Source: Camelus dromedarius
Lineage: Eukaryota
NCBI RefSeq assembly: GCF_036321535.1
Contig: NC_087436.1
Span: forward strand, 88,910,001-88,974,000
DNA length: 64,000 nucleotides
Direction of reading: 5' to 3'
Both the position numbers and the translations under genes were made by a program. This document shows, one piece after another, positions 25,558 through 38,569 of this stretch (within the stretch, counting starts at the first letter, position 1; each line of letters opens with the position of its first letter). The notes below the pieces were generated by a model, which saw only the letters and a program-made list of their open reading frames with translations, was not told the origin of the DNA and did not search any database.

Positions 25558-26517
25558 CTGCGGAGGCAACGGGGAGAGAACGTCACCCTGAGCAATCCAA
25601 CGCGTTAGAACAGACACAGCCTGGCCACCTGACTGCCAGCAGGCTCAGACCGTTCAAATATGTTTTAAACCTTACACATAGACCAAATATACCCCAAAAG
25701 CAAGCCAAAACAAAAACCCTCCCAGCAAAAACCCACGAGTACAGAGCCTTAACAGGTTGCCTATGCAGCCTTCCAGTATGGGCCAATGAAACAAGTCCTC
25801 TCTTTTGTTACCACTCATGATGTCATTTGAGCAAGTGTGCTGCCCCTAGGAGGCAGCTCATCACAATGTGCACTTGTTTCTCCTCCAGGAGGAAAATATT
25901 AAAAGTACTGTAGTCATGACTCCATGTGACTTTGTATAATGTGTCAGGCAAAGAGGTATTTGAATTTCTCATCTTTTGTAGAGATGCCGTAATTTACAAT
26001 TCTTGGGAAACCCTAAGCCTCATCTCCACTTTTCTTTGACAGCATTTGCTCCACAGATGACAAGCAGTCTTTTGGACAAGCTTCTATCTGACTTTTGTGC
26101 CTAAAACATTAGCCAACATACACACATAAACAGGACACTCCCATCTCCCTCATTCTCTCAGATCTTCTCCTCGCTCCTTCTTTAAGATCCTTAGGTCTTT
26201 TATTCAAATCCTTAGTGGCTCTCATCAATGTCAAAAGTCACGTAGTCATTGCAGGGCTAAACTATATGCTCTTATGAGTTAGATAACTTATACTTTTTAA
26301 ACTGAGTAAGTGAACTGCAGAGCTAAAACTGTCCAGGAAAATACCAATACTGCTCACCCAGTAAATGATGAACGAATGAATGGCTTACTGTCCTGCCACC
26401 CACTCCTGAGCTAGCCGCAGACAGCCTCGCTCCACCACAGAGGTCTGGCCATGGAGAATGTTGCCTCTGGATGGGCAGGTGAGGTTCACGGTATTTGGGT
26501 GCCCAACATCCACTCAC

Positions 26518-26594
26518 CTGCATGCCTTCTTGACCAGAGATCCCTATCCCAATGTCTGCCACTTGAATCATGCTAACATCATTGGCACCATCAC
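26518..26594 (-). CDS. ATP10D: ATP10D exon 17 equivalent (GDGAND hinge)
   Basis: cttgaag|(G)[25 protein letters not shown]|gtgagt; 77 nt. Confidence 0.97.
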
Positions 26595-27699
26595 CTTCAA
26601 GAGACAGAAAAAAAGTAAGAACCATATGAGGAGTAAAGAAAAGATGCAAATGGTGCAAATCAACAGTAGCCACTCAAGCAAACAATCAAATCCTTCAAAG
26701 TTTATCCCATGTCTCCACATTGTCTGGAAGCTAGCCATGCAGAAATTAAATGTGACACCCTATTGCCGTTGGGAAGAATTCTGAACTCAATACTACCTTA
26801 AAGTCCTACATGCTATGCCACCTACCTGGACTGACCTCCCCTTTCTCTATGCCACTCACTCTACTTTCAATTTTCCAGATACACCCTGCTCCTTCCAGCC
26901 ACTGCTCATGTTGTTCCTCTCTTATAACACTGTCCTCACCGCCTCGCCCCACCTTGCTGGATTTCAAGCGCCCCTGCTCTCAGCTTAGATCTCACTGCCT
27001 CTGGAAAATCCTTCTCATATGCCTTTAGATCCAATGCCCCTTCCTTAGGCTCCAAGTACTACTTTGTGAATTTTTATCATACTTATCACACAGCATTGTG
27101 GTTGCCATAGATTTCTTTGTCTCCCCAACACATTGGAAGCTTCTTAAGAGGAGGTATTGCCTTCCTGCTGGTAATGAACATTTGTTATTTCCCACAGCCC
27201 AGCAACTTTCACTTGTTTATAGTATCCTGGCACTATACTTCACTGGTAATAGTATCCTGATTTTCCCTGGGGACTCTGAGTCCATGTAGCTTTTAAGGAT
27301 GAACCCAAACCCCTAGATTTAGGAAGGGCAACTGACCCGGGGCTGGACAATTAGCATTGTCTGTCCTCAGCCTCAGTGACTGGTTCAGAGATGGGCACGT
27401 GACTCAACTTCAGTGATGTAATTGACATGTCCAGGGTTCTGGCCTCAGGAACATCTGGATCTAGTGGCTTGAACAATTCATTCATTCACGTGTTCATTCA
27501 ATAAGACAGCTGAACAAAATTCCATCCTAATCCTGATTCTTTATTTCAGCAACTTGGAAAGAGGTGCTATCTTTTCACTCTGGTTGCTAACTGGACAGGA
27601 CAGAAGGGTGGGAATTTTCAAGGACTCTATTAGCACCTTGAGGGGAGATGCCACCTGAAGCGGAAAACAATCCAGGTGAAAACAGACTGTAGGCGATGG

Positions 27700-28880
27700 C
27701 TGGGTCCTTGTCTCACTCGTCCCTGAACTCTGGAGTGTCTCAGAGCTGAATCTCACCCGCTTTTCTTCTCCGTTTATACTCATTTTTTGGTGATCTCAGT
27801 TACTATCAAGGCTTTAAATATCATCACTAGACTTATGATTCCCAAACTTCTATCTCTAGCCAGTTCCTCCTTGCCAAGTTCCAGACTTCATATCCAGCTG
27901 CCTACTTGACATCACTGCTTAGACATCTAATGGGCTTATCACATTTAACGTGTAGAAGACCCAACTCCTGATTTCCCTGACTGTCTCAGAAAAACAGCTC
28001 CGTCCTTTCTGTTCTTAGAAACAAAACCTCGATGTCCTCCCTCCTTGAGCCCTTCTAGTATATAACACATCCAGTCCATCAGCAAATGTCACCAGCTCTT
28101 TCTTCAAACCATGTCCATTCTTTGACCACATCCCGCCACCTCGTCTGCATCCACCTGGGCTCAAGCCACCATTCTCTCATGCCTGAACTATTTCAACAGC
28201 CTCTCAACTGGTCTCCCTCATTATGTCCTTGCAACACAGTGGTTACTCTCAACACAGCAGCCAACGTGATCCTTTTAAAGTTAAGGCAGCTCATGTCCCC
28301 CCTCTGCTCAAAGTCCACCTACAGCTCCCCATCTCTCCCCATAAAAGCCAAAACCTGCACTGGCCTCCAAGACCCGACATGGTTTGGCTGCCTGCCACCT
28401 CTCTGCCCTTCCCTAGCTTGAAGAGAAATCCTCCCTTTGCTGAATCCCTTTGCCTTGGACTTGAACACACCAAGCATGGTCCATGGCCTTACCTTTCATT
28501 GTCTTCTCTGCCAGGAACCTTCTTCCCCCACATCTCCCATGGTTCCCTCATCATTTCCTTGAAGTCTCTGCTCACACACAACCTTATCAGTGAGACTGTC
28601 TCTGAAAAAGGTATTTCCAGTCGCAGCCCTCTCCCCCAGTGCTCTGCATATGCTGACTTTGCTTTATTTTTTCAATAGCATTGGTCACTATCTGGTATTT
28701 TAAATCTTTACACCTTTTTGTTTTTGTTTCATTTGTTCCTGTACTGCCCTCCTACTAGATGTAAGTGCCTTAAGAAAAGATACTTTGTCAGTTTGATATA
28801 CTCTTGTATCTCCGTTGCCTGGAAAAATGCCTGGTACATAGAAGGCACTTGATAAGTATTTGTTGAATAAATAAACGAAT
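27700..28880 (+). mobile_element. LINE-2 3' portion
   Basis: atatccagctgcctacttgacatc...cctctcaactggtctccct...gcctggtacatagaaggcacttgataagtatttgttgaataaat. Confidence 0.85.
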
Positions 28881-29257
28881 TGTTCATATTTCTAAATTTA
28901 ACTTTCTTGAAGGTAGAACTCGTGGACTTTTCAGTTCTGTGATTCAGCCCATTAGCCTCCTTAACCCGGCTGATTTGGGGACCTGACGTGTGACCCATGT
29001 CCTATGATACTGTTTTCCGTGTCACACCTCTATCACCTGGTTCATAGCAGGTGGTCAGACAGGTGATGGAGGCTATAGAGGGGAGGGAGCGGGGGGATGG
29101 AGAGAAAGGAGAGAGGAAAAGCGGAAGGGAAAGAGGGGGAGGAAAAGGACAGACCCACAGAAGGGTTAACAGATGTGCAGAAGGAAACACAGACCGAAGG
29201 ACCACTTCACATGACACGAAAGTGAGCAGCACAGGGCGGGGTTCCGTCCCCACTCAC

Positions 29258-29567
29258 CGATGGCCAAGGTCATCACTTGGAGGTGGCTGCGTACCGATTT
29301 CACCACCTCGCTTTTCTGCAGGGGCGTGGCACGGCAGCAGACCACAGCCTGACAGCAGGCAGTCAGCTCCAGGAACTGCCTCTGCAGACTTTCCTGCAGG
29401 GCAAACTCCAGGGTCTTCCCGGTAATGACGAGTCCAGCCCGCAGCCCTGAGTTCTGGGGGGCGGGAGGCTGGTGTAAACCCTCACTTAATGATGCTGGCT
29501 CTGGAGAAGCTGGATTCTTCTTCTGAATTTCTTTCAAAATAGTGTCCATCAGCATCACACAGGCATC
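29258..29567 (-). CDS. ATP10D: ATP10D exon 16 equivalent
   Basis: gtttaag|DACVMLMDTILKEIQKK...AVVCCRATPLQKSEVVKSVRSHLQVMTLAI|gtgagt; 310 nt. Confidence 0.96.
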
Positions 29568-30048
29568 CTTAAACCAAGAAGCAAAGACCGTTAACCTTGG
29601 GGCTCCCTTGCTGGCCACATCCAGCTGAATTTATCATCATTATTCTTTAACGACAGCTGCATCAAAGCAACCCCAGGTGGTGAGTCATCAGCTCCTTTCA
29701 AAGACCTCACAGCTCTTCCACAGAGACTTCTGTGCGCACGCGGCCATGTGTTAAAAGGATGGGGGACATCTTGCTTCCAACAGTACGACTAAGAAATAGT
29801 TGTACAATTTCTTTATTTGTGCAATTTACTTTCTCAAACTGCAACTCTCAAGAGACCTTTGGTCCTATTCTGCCCTTTGCTCCCTGCTTGACATTAGGCA
29901 AATTACGTAACTTCTCTGAGCTTCAATTTTCTCATATGAAAAACACAAATGTCTACATTATAATACTGTTGTGAGGAGTAAGTGAAGTAACACACGCAGA
30001 GTTCCTAGCGTAAAGCACAACACTCAGCAGAATTTAAAAGTAATTATG

Positions 30049-30180
30049 GAGGGAAGGTATAGCTCAGTGGTAGAGAGCGTGCCTAGCATGTACAAGGTCC
30101 TGGGTTCAGTCCCTAGTACCTCCATTAAATAAATAGACAAACCTAATTACCCCCCTCAAAAACTGCCCCAAAAAACCTCG
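30049..30180 (+). mobile_element. Vic-1-like camelid tRNA-derived SINE with 12-bp target-site duplication
   Basis: A box tagctcagtgg, B box gggttcagtccc, tail aaataaatagacaaacctaattacccccc; TSD aaagtaattatg at 30037-30048 and 30181-30192. Confidence 0.85.
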
Positions 30181-31292
30181 AAAGTAATTATGATTTTTAT
30201 CTTCTTCTGGATTCAACGCATTCATTCATCACGAAGTATTTACTGAAAAACAACTGTATACTTGAAAACATTCTAGATGCTGGGGATACATCAATGCACC
30301 AGAAATCCCCGCCCTCATAGAGCATACGTTCTGGCCGGGTGCTCTTGGTGGCACTCATCACATTTGGTTTGGTACCTCCCTCCACTCTCCTCACCCCACA
30401 CTAGTTAGGAAGTTCTCTGAAGACAGATGGCACTTTCAATTTACTTTTAAAACCTTCCTATGCTTGAGAGAGGGCTGTGCTAGGCACTCAATAAATATTT
30501 GCTGGATGAATTCTACTCAAGAACGTGAATAATCAGCTGATCCAGAAATCATTGTATCAAATGACCACTAGGAATAGAGCCAAACAAAATCCAGGAGCGG
30601 CGCATTTACGTTTTCACTTACTAAGCCTGAAATAGCCCATTCATGAGGGAGCCCCACACTCAGAGGCTACGTACTCTTATTTCAAATGCTGTTTTATCAA
30701 GTGTTTCTCAACCCACAACCAAGTCAGATGGGAAGTAGATACAGATACACAGGCACAACACAACAAAGACTTAATAATCACACAAACTATAAACAAGAGA
30801 TTCAACTTCAAAATGGAGCTCCCTGGCAACCTTTACCTTTGTTAACAAATCTGATCCCATCTATCTCAAAAGCCCCCAAGGAAAAGTATCCAAAGATGAA
30901 TCAAATATTCTCATTATAGGCTCCAAACAGAATAGTAAAAAAATTATTTTTAAAAACCTTTCAGAGTTTGGTTAAATTAAAACGATACATTTAGAAAGTA
31001 ACATCCCCTGCAGTCTATTTAACATGAGATGATGGTTAAGAGATTTATTAAGTGAAAAAATAGAGCTACAAGACTGTACAAGGGTATACACGCAGTCTGT
31101 GTGTGAGCATTCATTTGCCCACAGAGCAGAGTGCAGTCTGCGTGGACGCCCTTCAAACTGAATGCCAATTATCTGTGCTTTGATGACTGCAGATTGATTA
31201 TAGATGCTCTTATTCTCCTACTTGGGTACAAAAATGCTTAGTTTTGTAAATTAACTGTATTTTCATTATAGGAAAAAAATATGTCCATGTAT

Positions 31293-31920
31293 ATAGTCAA
31301 TCTTCATTATTTGCAGATTCCGTATCTGCAAATTCACCTATTTGCTAAAATTTATCTGTCATCCTGTGATCAGCAATCAAGGTGCTTTCTCGGTCATTTG
31401 TGGACATGCACAGAGTGACCAAAATTTTGAGTCACGTGACATGCATCTTCCCGGATGCGGCTGAGCAAGGTGAGGCTCTGACGTGGGTCAGCTCCCACCC
31501 TGGAAACAAGCGTCCTTCTTACAGCCTGTTTGGCGACGTGTTTTTCTGTGTTGCTGCGCTTTTTCCTGGAGATTTCACTGTTTTAAATGGCCCCCAACTA
31601 CAGTGCTTTAATGCAGCTAGTGTTCCCACGCACAAGATGGCACGATGTGCCTCATGGACAAAACTTGTGTTAGACAAGCTTCATTCAGGCTTGAGTTACA
31701 TGCTGTTGGTCTTGAGCTCAATGTTAATGAATCAACTATATATATATTAAATATGATGCCTTGAAAAAGAAACACACACGAAGCAAGGTTATATATTGAT
31801 TGGTTGACAAAAATGTGACTGGAGGCTCACGGGAACCTAATCCTTTATATCCCATAAAGGTAATGGTTCAGTTTTTTGCTAATTCAGTCACTTTATAGAA
31901 CTTAACTTCATGAATAACAT
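31293..31920. mobile_element. MER82-like TcMar-Tigger element
   Basis: cagattccgtatctgcaaattcacctatttgctaaaattt...ttagacaagcttcattcaggc...aatgttaatgaatcaac. Confidence 0.75.
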
Positions 31921-33636
31921 ATAAGTACAGATATATATAGTAGAGATTATATAATACGCAATAATACAAAAAGCATGCTGGACAAGTAATCAGCTGTGGG
32001 TGCTTCGACAAATCACAACCTTTTGGAGTCTTGGGCTAAAAACCAGGAATAATTTTACCTGCTTTGTCTACTTGTTGTGATGGTCAAGTGAGATCATGTA
32101 TGAAAAAGCCTTTTGTGGATTCTAAGAATCAAATAATGAATTCTGAAAAGCAGTAAGTACGCCAGGGTTAGGGTTATACTAAAACAAGAAAGAATCACAA
32201 CATATGAGAACAGAAACTACGCAAGGTTTGTAAGTGGCTACATTAACTATAACCTAATTTGCAAACTTAGGAAGCACCGCTGATGGAGATTTGTAAAATT
32301 GAAGCTCTACACTATAGAAATGACTGGATGTTCCCCTGCTGCCAGGTGGCCCACTTAAAATGTCACAGGAGCAATTCCTTCACTAAATGTCAAACTGGGC
32401 TCCATGACCCTCAATTCCATTTTTAACTCTTGGCATCTTCTGAGGGTGGAGAGTGGGGAAGAGAAACTAATGTAGTGATGGAGCCCCACTATGTGCCTGG
32501 GATTTTATGTGCATGAATTTAAGGTATAAAACTAAATCCAATGCTGTTCACTCACTGTGTTCCATCTAGTTATCTGAAAAACTTAAAGAGGTAAAATAGC
32601 TATTGATAGCAAAACAAAAGCCAAAATCCTCGAGTTTTGTAGTCAGAAAAGTCCACAGTGGATACTCCAAAAACAGTATTCCTGAGTTGGTAGTTTCAAA
32701 TATCATTAACCATAACTGTGTATTTACAAATAAATTTCACAGCCCTCATGATTTTACTGCTCACGAAAATGTTCAAGTCAAAATCAAACACAAATGACTG
32801 ATTACTTTTACTCTTACATGTTCATTGAACCCTTTTCTTCTGCCAGGCACCACATTAAACAATTTCTGTTTTCTCATTTAATGCCCACAACAAGCCTATG
32901 AAATAGGCGTTAGTCTTACCCTACAGGTAAGGATGATGACTCACGAGGGTAACTCCCCAAGGTCACATACCTGGTCACTGCTGGCTAAGCGTTTGAGCCC
33001 GGGTCTTCCCAGACTCAGGGCACATCCACTTTAGTGACTGCAGTTACTAAGCACTTTCTTGTGCTCACTTCTTGGCTGGTACCGGGATCTGGCTGGTGGT
33101 TGTGCTTGTGGGTCCCTGGGCCACGGCAACTGCCAAGGAGAACTCACTCTGCGTCGAATAAGGAAAATTCTCTTTCCCCCAGATGCACCATCTAGTCGGG
33201 TATTGCTCGGGGCCTGACCGTAATGACACAGCTGACCAAACCTGGCAGCCTGTGACAGAGGCCCAAGATGTGACCCGAGCGAGACGGTCCAGAGGGCTTC
33301 TGAGAAGCCGGTTGCTGTGACCAACTGTATGTCACTGATTAAGTCTCACAACTCAGGAAGGAAGGAGGAAGGTTTTCCAAGCAGACTAAACAATACTCAC
33401 AAATCTTAGTTTCACTACCAGGAATCTTCTGAAAAAAATAAATTGCCGTTTAACTGATGAGAACATCTGCATTATAGATGTGTGGCAGGGTGGAGGGAAG
33501 GGGGGGTATCGGAAAAAAAAAAAACCCAAAAAACAACAGGCTGAGTCCAAACCCCTTAAATTCCTTCTCCTTACGAAAAGGAAAACACTTTTTTCCCTTC
33601 CCTTAAACAGTTCCTCCAACTTTTGATCTTCTCAGG

Positions 33637-33670
33637 TGCACTAGCTAAGATTTACCACTAGAGGGCACAA
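33637..33670 (+). promoter_or_regulatory. Predicted CTCF site (core plus upstream module)
   Basis: Core CCACTAGAGGGCAC at 33655-33668 fits CCAC/GYAGRKGGCRS; TGCACTAGC lies 9 nt upstream. Confidence 0.6.
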
Positions 33671-34077
33671 TTATTCTGCGAGTCTATTTTTAGAATAACC
33701 ATAAAAATATTTATTCACCTGATTCCAACAGAAATCATCACCTCCCCTCAGCTTGAAAGGGAGGTAGATTCCTGTCCCAGAGCTTGACATATTTTGTCAT
33801 CCTGGGCTAAATCTTGTCAAATCAGTGATAATCCGATGTGGAGGGGGAAAAAAGCAAATAAAAAGGAAACTTTCTTTCAATGCCTTTATTCAGCAATGAT
33901 TCCTTAGAATCATTCTATTTTTCCAGCCCTTTAGAAGAACAAGCTAGGTTGCTGGATGGAAGAACTAATTATCAAGGAGCTAATGGTTATTGGTTCATCT
34001 TTCTCCTTATGGTTATCAAACCACAAGTACTCCACTGGCTTTGAAACAAAAGACTGGTTTAATCTCAGTATACATAC

Positions 34078-34262
34078 TTTACTTTCAGTATCGAGGATAA
34101 AAAGCTTGTCATCTGGTTCCAGCAGTTTGCACGCATAAGCAATATTGACAGCAGTCTCCTGTTTGTCGCCTGTCAGCATCCAGATCTTGATTCCGGCTTT
34201 GTGAAGAGCGTCTATAGACTCGGGGACACCCTCCTGTAGACGGTCTTCAATGCCAGTAGCAC
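34078..34262 (-). CDS. ATP10D: ATP10D exon 15 equivalent (P domain)
   Basis: cttttag|(G)[61 protein letters not shown]|gtatgt; 185 nt; TGD motif. Confidence 0.97.
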
Positions 34263-34659
34263 CTAAAAGATAACAAAGTGCAACCGGGCTTGCAAGAAAC
34301 TAAAGCCAGCAGAAGCTCCCCTAGGCTATAATTGAATCATGTCTGTTAGCCAACCCAAGCCTGAACTACGCAAACCGCCAGGAGCTTGGAGGGATCCAAG
34401 TGAAGAGTGAAGACCCAGACCAGAATCATATACAAAGTAATCTTTTGGGAGGAAAGCTTTACTAATCGATGAGTTTATCAAATTTGCTCTCCTTTTGGCC
34501 AGCTTTCTTCTTTGTAAATTGAAGGGGTGTTATTCAATTACCTTTGTAGCCTCACTCCACAATCTTATAATTCTATGATACTCCCAAGGGGAGGGACAGG
34601 CTTTTAAAGAATGTTCTGGTCAGCAACATGTAATATCTATTTTTAATGCTCTCTCATGA

Positions 34660-34954
34660 TACAAGTCCATAATTCCCTTTTCTGAGACAACTGGGGCAAG
34701 ATGCTTTGGAATTCAAAAGTTTCGCAGATTTTAAAAAGGTAAGATGGTACATGTATATTTTGTAATATCTGTTCATCAAGCATATCAATCTTTTTAGAAA
34801 AACATACAAATTATAACAACCACATTAATTAGGATAATAAAGACTAAATTGTCTCATCAACTCACGCCTGATTTTGCTGCTAGATGACTTTTGGCACTAA
34901 AACCCACAGAGCTGTTTTGAGACTGGAACAGCAGAGGAGGAACCGTGGACCTAT
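34660..34954. mobile_element. MER46C-like TcMar-Tigger MITE
   Basis: Imperfect inverted termini tacaagtcca ... tggacctata. Confidence 0.55.
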
Positions 34955-35121
34955 ATCCATCACAGCAAAATGGAGAAATGACTTAGGAGGAATATCCTTA
35001 TTCTACTGGCTAGAGACCAAGTTAGATCATCGTTTTTCTCTGAACCAGAGGAATGGAGCTCAGAGACTCATGTCTTGGTGTGTTAGCACTTGTTTGAGAC
35101 TCTAGATGTGCAGACTCCAGG

Positions 35122-35287
35122 GCAGTGTTTCTCAACACTGGCTGCCTCTCTTCAAACTGCTTGGGGAGCTTTTAAAACCTCAAATGCCCAGGCCACCTAT
35201 CAGACCGACTGAATCAGAATCCGTGGGTAGTCATCAGCTTTTGATAAAGCACTCCAGGTGATTTTAAGAGGCAGCTCAATCTGAGAA
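35122..35287. mobile_element. MER5A hAT-Charlie MITE
   Basis: cagtgtttctcaac...ggggagcttttaaaa...gcccaggcc...gaatcagaat...ccaggtgatt. Confidence 0.8.
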
Positions 35288-35873
35288 AAGAGATGTCAGT
35301 TGTACAACTTTTAGTTGGAACCGGAAAGTAACCGGAGAGAGAGACATACATTTCATGAGTCCAGTTGTAGATACAGAATAAAGAGTGCAGGCCCTGGAGG
35401 GAGGCAGATCTGAGCTGCTTCCTAGCTCTGCCAGTGCTGAGCATGTGACATCGAGGGGTCATTAAACTGTTCTGTGTCCCAAGTTTCTTCTAAATAAAAT
35501 GGAGATTTGTTGTATAGATTCAAAAAGACCACACATACTAAATACCTCATCCAATGCCCTAGCAAGAAACCTTAGCTTTCTTCTCTTGAACCAGGGTACT
35601 TATCTGGCTTTGTACTCTATGTTAAGTGCTGAATTTTTAAATGATCTTAAGAATGATCACCCTGATCCCACCACAAATGAAGTCTAACTTACTGCAGTGG
35701 AAAATAAAATGGAAAGAATTGGAAATTGGGCAGAAATCTAACTGGACAGGGTGGGTAGGACCACATACATCAGATCAAAGTGAAAAAAAAAGGCACTGGT
35801 GAATGACTTATTTAGAGACGTCAAGTATTTCTGAAAACTCCCCATTCAGACAATACAACAGCCGTCTACCTAC

Positions 35874-36000
35874 CAAGTAAAGTCAGTTTGTTCTCCAGCT
35901 TCATGGCAGATTCAAGTAGTAATTCTTCCCTGTTGTCAATGCTGGTTTCAGCTGAAAAATGATTACTCAGCCACTCTGCATATTCAGTGTCACTCATGAC
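35874..36000 (-). CDS. ATP10D: ATP10D exon 14 equivalent
   Basis: gccatag|VMSDTEYAEWLSNHFSAETSIDNREELLLESAMKLENKLTLL|gtaggt; 127 nt. Confidence 0.95.
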
Positions 36001-38234
36001 CTATGGCGGAAAAAAGGGTGTGAGGCAGGCCATTTGATAATCCTGCCAGGACTGACCCCTGGAAAAATGTCAAGTCATCAACCTGTTTTAGGTATTCCTC
36101 TCTCTGGGTGCACTCAGGCTAGGTCCGCAGCCTGGGACCACAGGGTCACAGACTCCCTGCGCTCTGTGATCAGACCAGTGTAACACTGACGATGGATGGA
36201 CCCTGTAGCTCAATGTCTCTGGGAAATTCTAGGCACCGTACATGAGGAAAGAGGGTTAAACTATTTAATTAAACCAGGAAGTATACAGTTGGGAGAAGGC
36301 TCCACTTGGTAGTTAAATTCAGGCTGATTCTAATAGTGCATTTGAGAAAGCAGTGTCTGGACGATTCAGTTTCAGGTATTATGCAGCTAGCAGCACCTTT
36401 AATGTCTTTTGATGGTTGGTTTATGGGGTTAGTTATTTGTAAAGGTTAAAAGAAAGAGGAGACCATATGGGTAAATTAAGAAAATCCTCTTCCAGACAAA
36501 AAACGGAGTGGAATTCCTGGAGAAGGAACCAATGATACATTTTCCTTTGTCTTCAGGGTGTCAGAGAGAAAAATCTACTTTCAGTTCTTATAAAGCAGCA
36601 CGAGGTAGCAGGGTGAGGCAATTTACCTACTCACTCTTGCCCACAAGGTAATCTGATTGGGAGAATCTGACACCTATTGGGTTACATTTTTATCAGGACA
36701 GGATCAGTCCACTGAAAAGGCAGGGGTTCTGTTTTGATCATGAATTCTCCATTCTTCTTACAAATGTGTGAGGCAGGCTTTTGACTCCATGAAGCTGGTT
36801 GACTAAGTGTCTTGGAGTCTACAACAGATCCCACTTGCCCTAAGAAAGTTCCTAAAAGCTAGAATTTAAATAAGAAATGAGAGACCCCTGTGCTGGTCTC
36901 AGATTATAACTACAGTCTCCAATTCAGGTCTCCCAGGAACTCTACAGTTTGGGAATTACTGGGAAGCCATTAACACACTGACACTCTGATCTACAGATAT
37001 CTCTCTGTTTTCTCTACTAGCTAGAGCCCAGAATGAAGGAGGGGAAATTGATACTCTGCAAAAATTAACTGCAAGGCTGAGAGCTAGGGAGGGAGAAGAC
37101 AACAGAATGGGTGGGAGGTATTTTACAGCAGGGGGAGAAAGCTGGCCAGAGTAGCCTCCTTGGTTCTTCTCTAATCATTCTCCCACGTGGGCTGACTTGT
37201 TTCTTGTCCTTCAATGTTCATCAAAGTCTCTGTTGTATCTTTACAACAAACTCCCTTCCCTCCCTCATAAGCACATCCTTCTCGTGATTGGAAAGAGAAG
37301 GGCTTTACTAGTCCTTACTAGACTCTCCCTTCTCCACCTTAAGTAGACTTCCCTCCCTTCTCTGCAACAGTGAGCTACTGGAGTTTGCTCGCGGAAGGAA
37401 GAAATACATTGTCCAGGTGTGCAGTTGGGGATGTGGCTGTGGCCATGGTTGTAGGGATGGGGCTGGAGATGCCTTGGCTTATCAGTGAGGGAGGGTAAAG
37501 CCCTGCATAGCCTCATTACAGCTGAGCAGCTGGACTTGGTCAATAGTAAGCCATACCCCACTGGCCAAGTGGCACAAAAACCTTGACCAATTCACTCTTA
37601 AAAGGCTCTGTATCTCTTTCTCCCATGCCCCCAGGGGTGGTTCTGGTAATAAAATCACTTCTTGGAGCTCTGTCTTCTTTCTTATTACTTAAATTTTTAT
37701 TCTAAAGGATATATCACGTCCCAGGATTATTCTCAATAGTGAATAATCGACACTGAGATAATATTTAGTCAATTTACCTGGATTTGCAGATACAGACTTA
37801 TGAGCATATAAGGAAAAATACCTAGAACTTACATGGGGAGAGTTAAGGCCAGTCTCTGGCCTGATTCTTTCCAAAGCACTTCTAATGCTATAAGATGGGG
37901 AACGATATTTACAGGGCACTCAGAGAAAGACTGCAGCAGGACCTGGGGATTTTATTCCCAGCCAAACTGCAGTTTACATACAAAACAACTCAGATATACT
38001 GAAATCTGTGAGAACTCAGAGACCATAATTTTGAGGCACATTGTTGGCAAAATTCTTTGCGGACAAACTCCAACCAACTTATATACAAGGAATAAAGAAG
38101 CCACATGAGAAGAGGGCCAGTGGCCCAAGCACTTTCCCCAGAGCCGGGACCGCGGTTTGATGCATGCTAGTTCTCCTAAATTGAGAGTCAAACACGGGGA
38201 GGAGGAAGCCACGGGGCGCAGGGCGCAGGCTCAC

Positions 38235-38341
38235 CCTCTTTGCTATACACAGAGTGCGCAGGCCCCGCTTGGCGTAACCATCCAAGTGCTTCTGCGTCTG
38301 CTCCCTTATCATCACCTGCTGTTTTTCCAGACTTGGTCCAT
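38235..38341 (-). CDS. ATP10D: ATP10D exon 13 equivalent
   Basis: atttcag|(D)GPSLEKQQVMIREQTQKHLDGYAKRGLRTLCIAKR|gtgagc; 107 nt; GLRTL motif. Confidence 0.96.
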
Positions 38342-38569
38342 CTGAAATAATTAACAAAACACAAGTGGTCCAGTCTGCCCGAGTACAGACATCTCTTTAA
38401 AAACAATGGTCGCTTAACCTGCAACAAACAAAAGGCCTTGTAGTTTTGAATCCACTTAGAAAAGGGACTCCTCAGAATGAATCCTTCCCTGTTCCGTTCT
38501 CCCTGGGGAGAGGAAGGTGCCAAGGACTCAACACAAACACTGTTCCCACACCATTGGTAACGAACAGTC

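Noticed and set aside
30049..30125. tRNA gene (Ala-like)
   Set aside because: Has A/B boxes but also a SINE tail and TSD, and lacks a proper acceptor stem; it is a SINE.
31382..31750. 122-aa ORF as a domesticated transposase
   Set aside because: Inside a short non-autonomous Tigger-type element; at most a trace of the N-terminal region and no catalytic domain.
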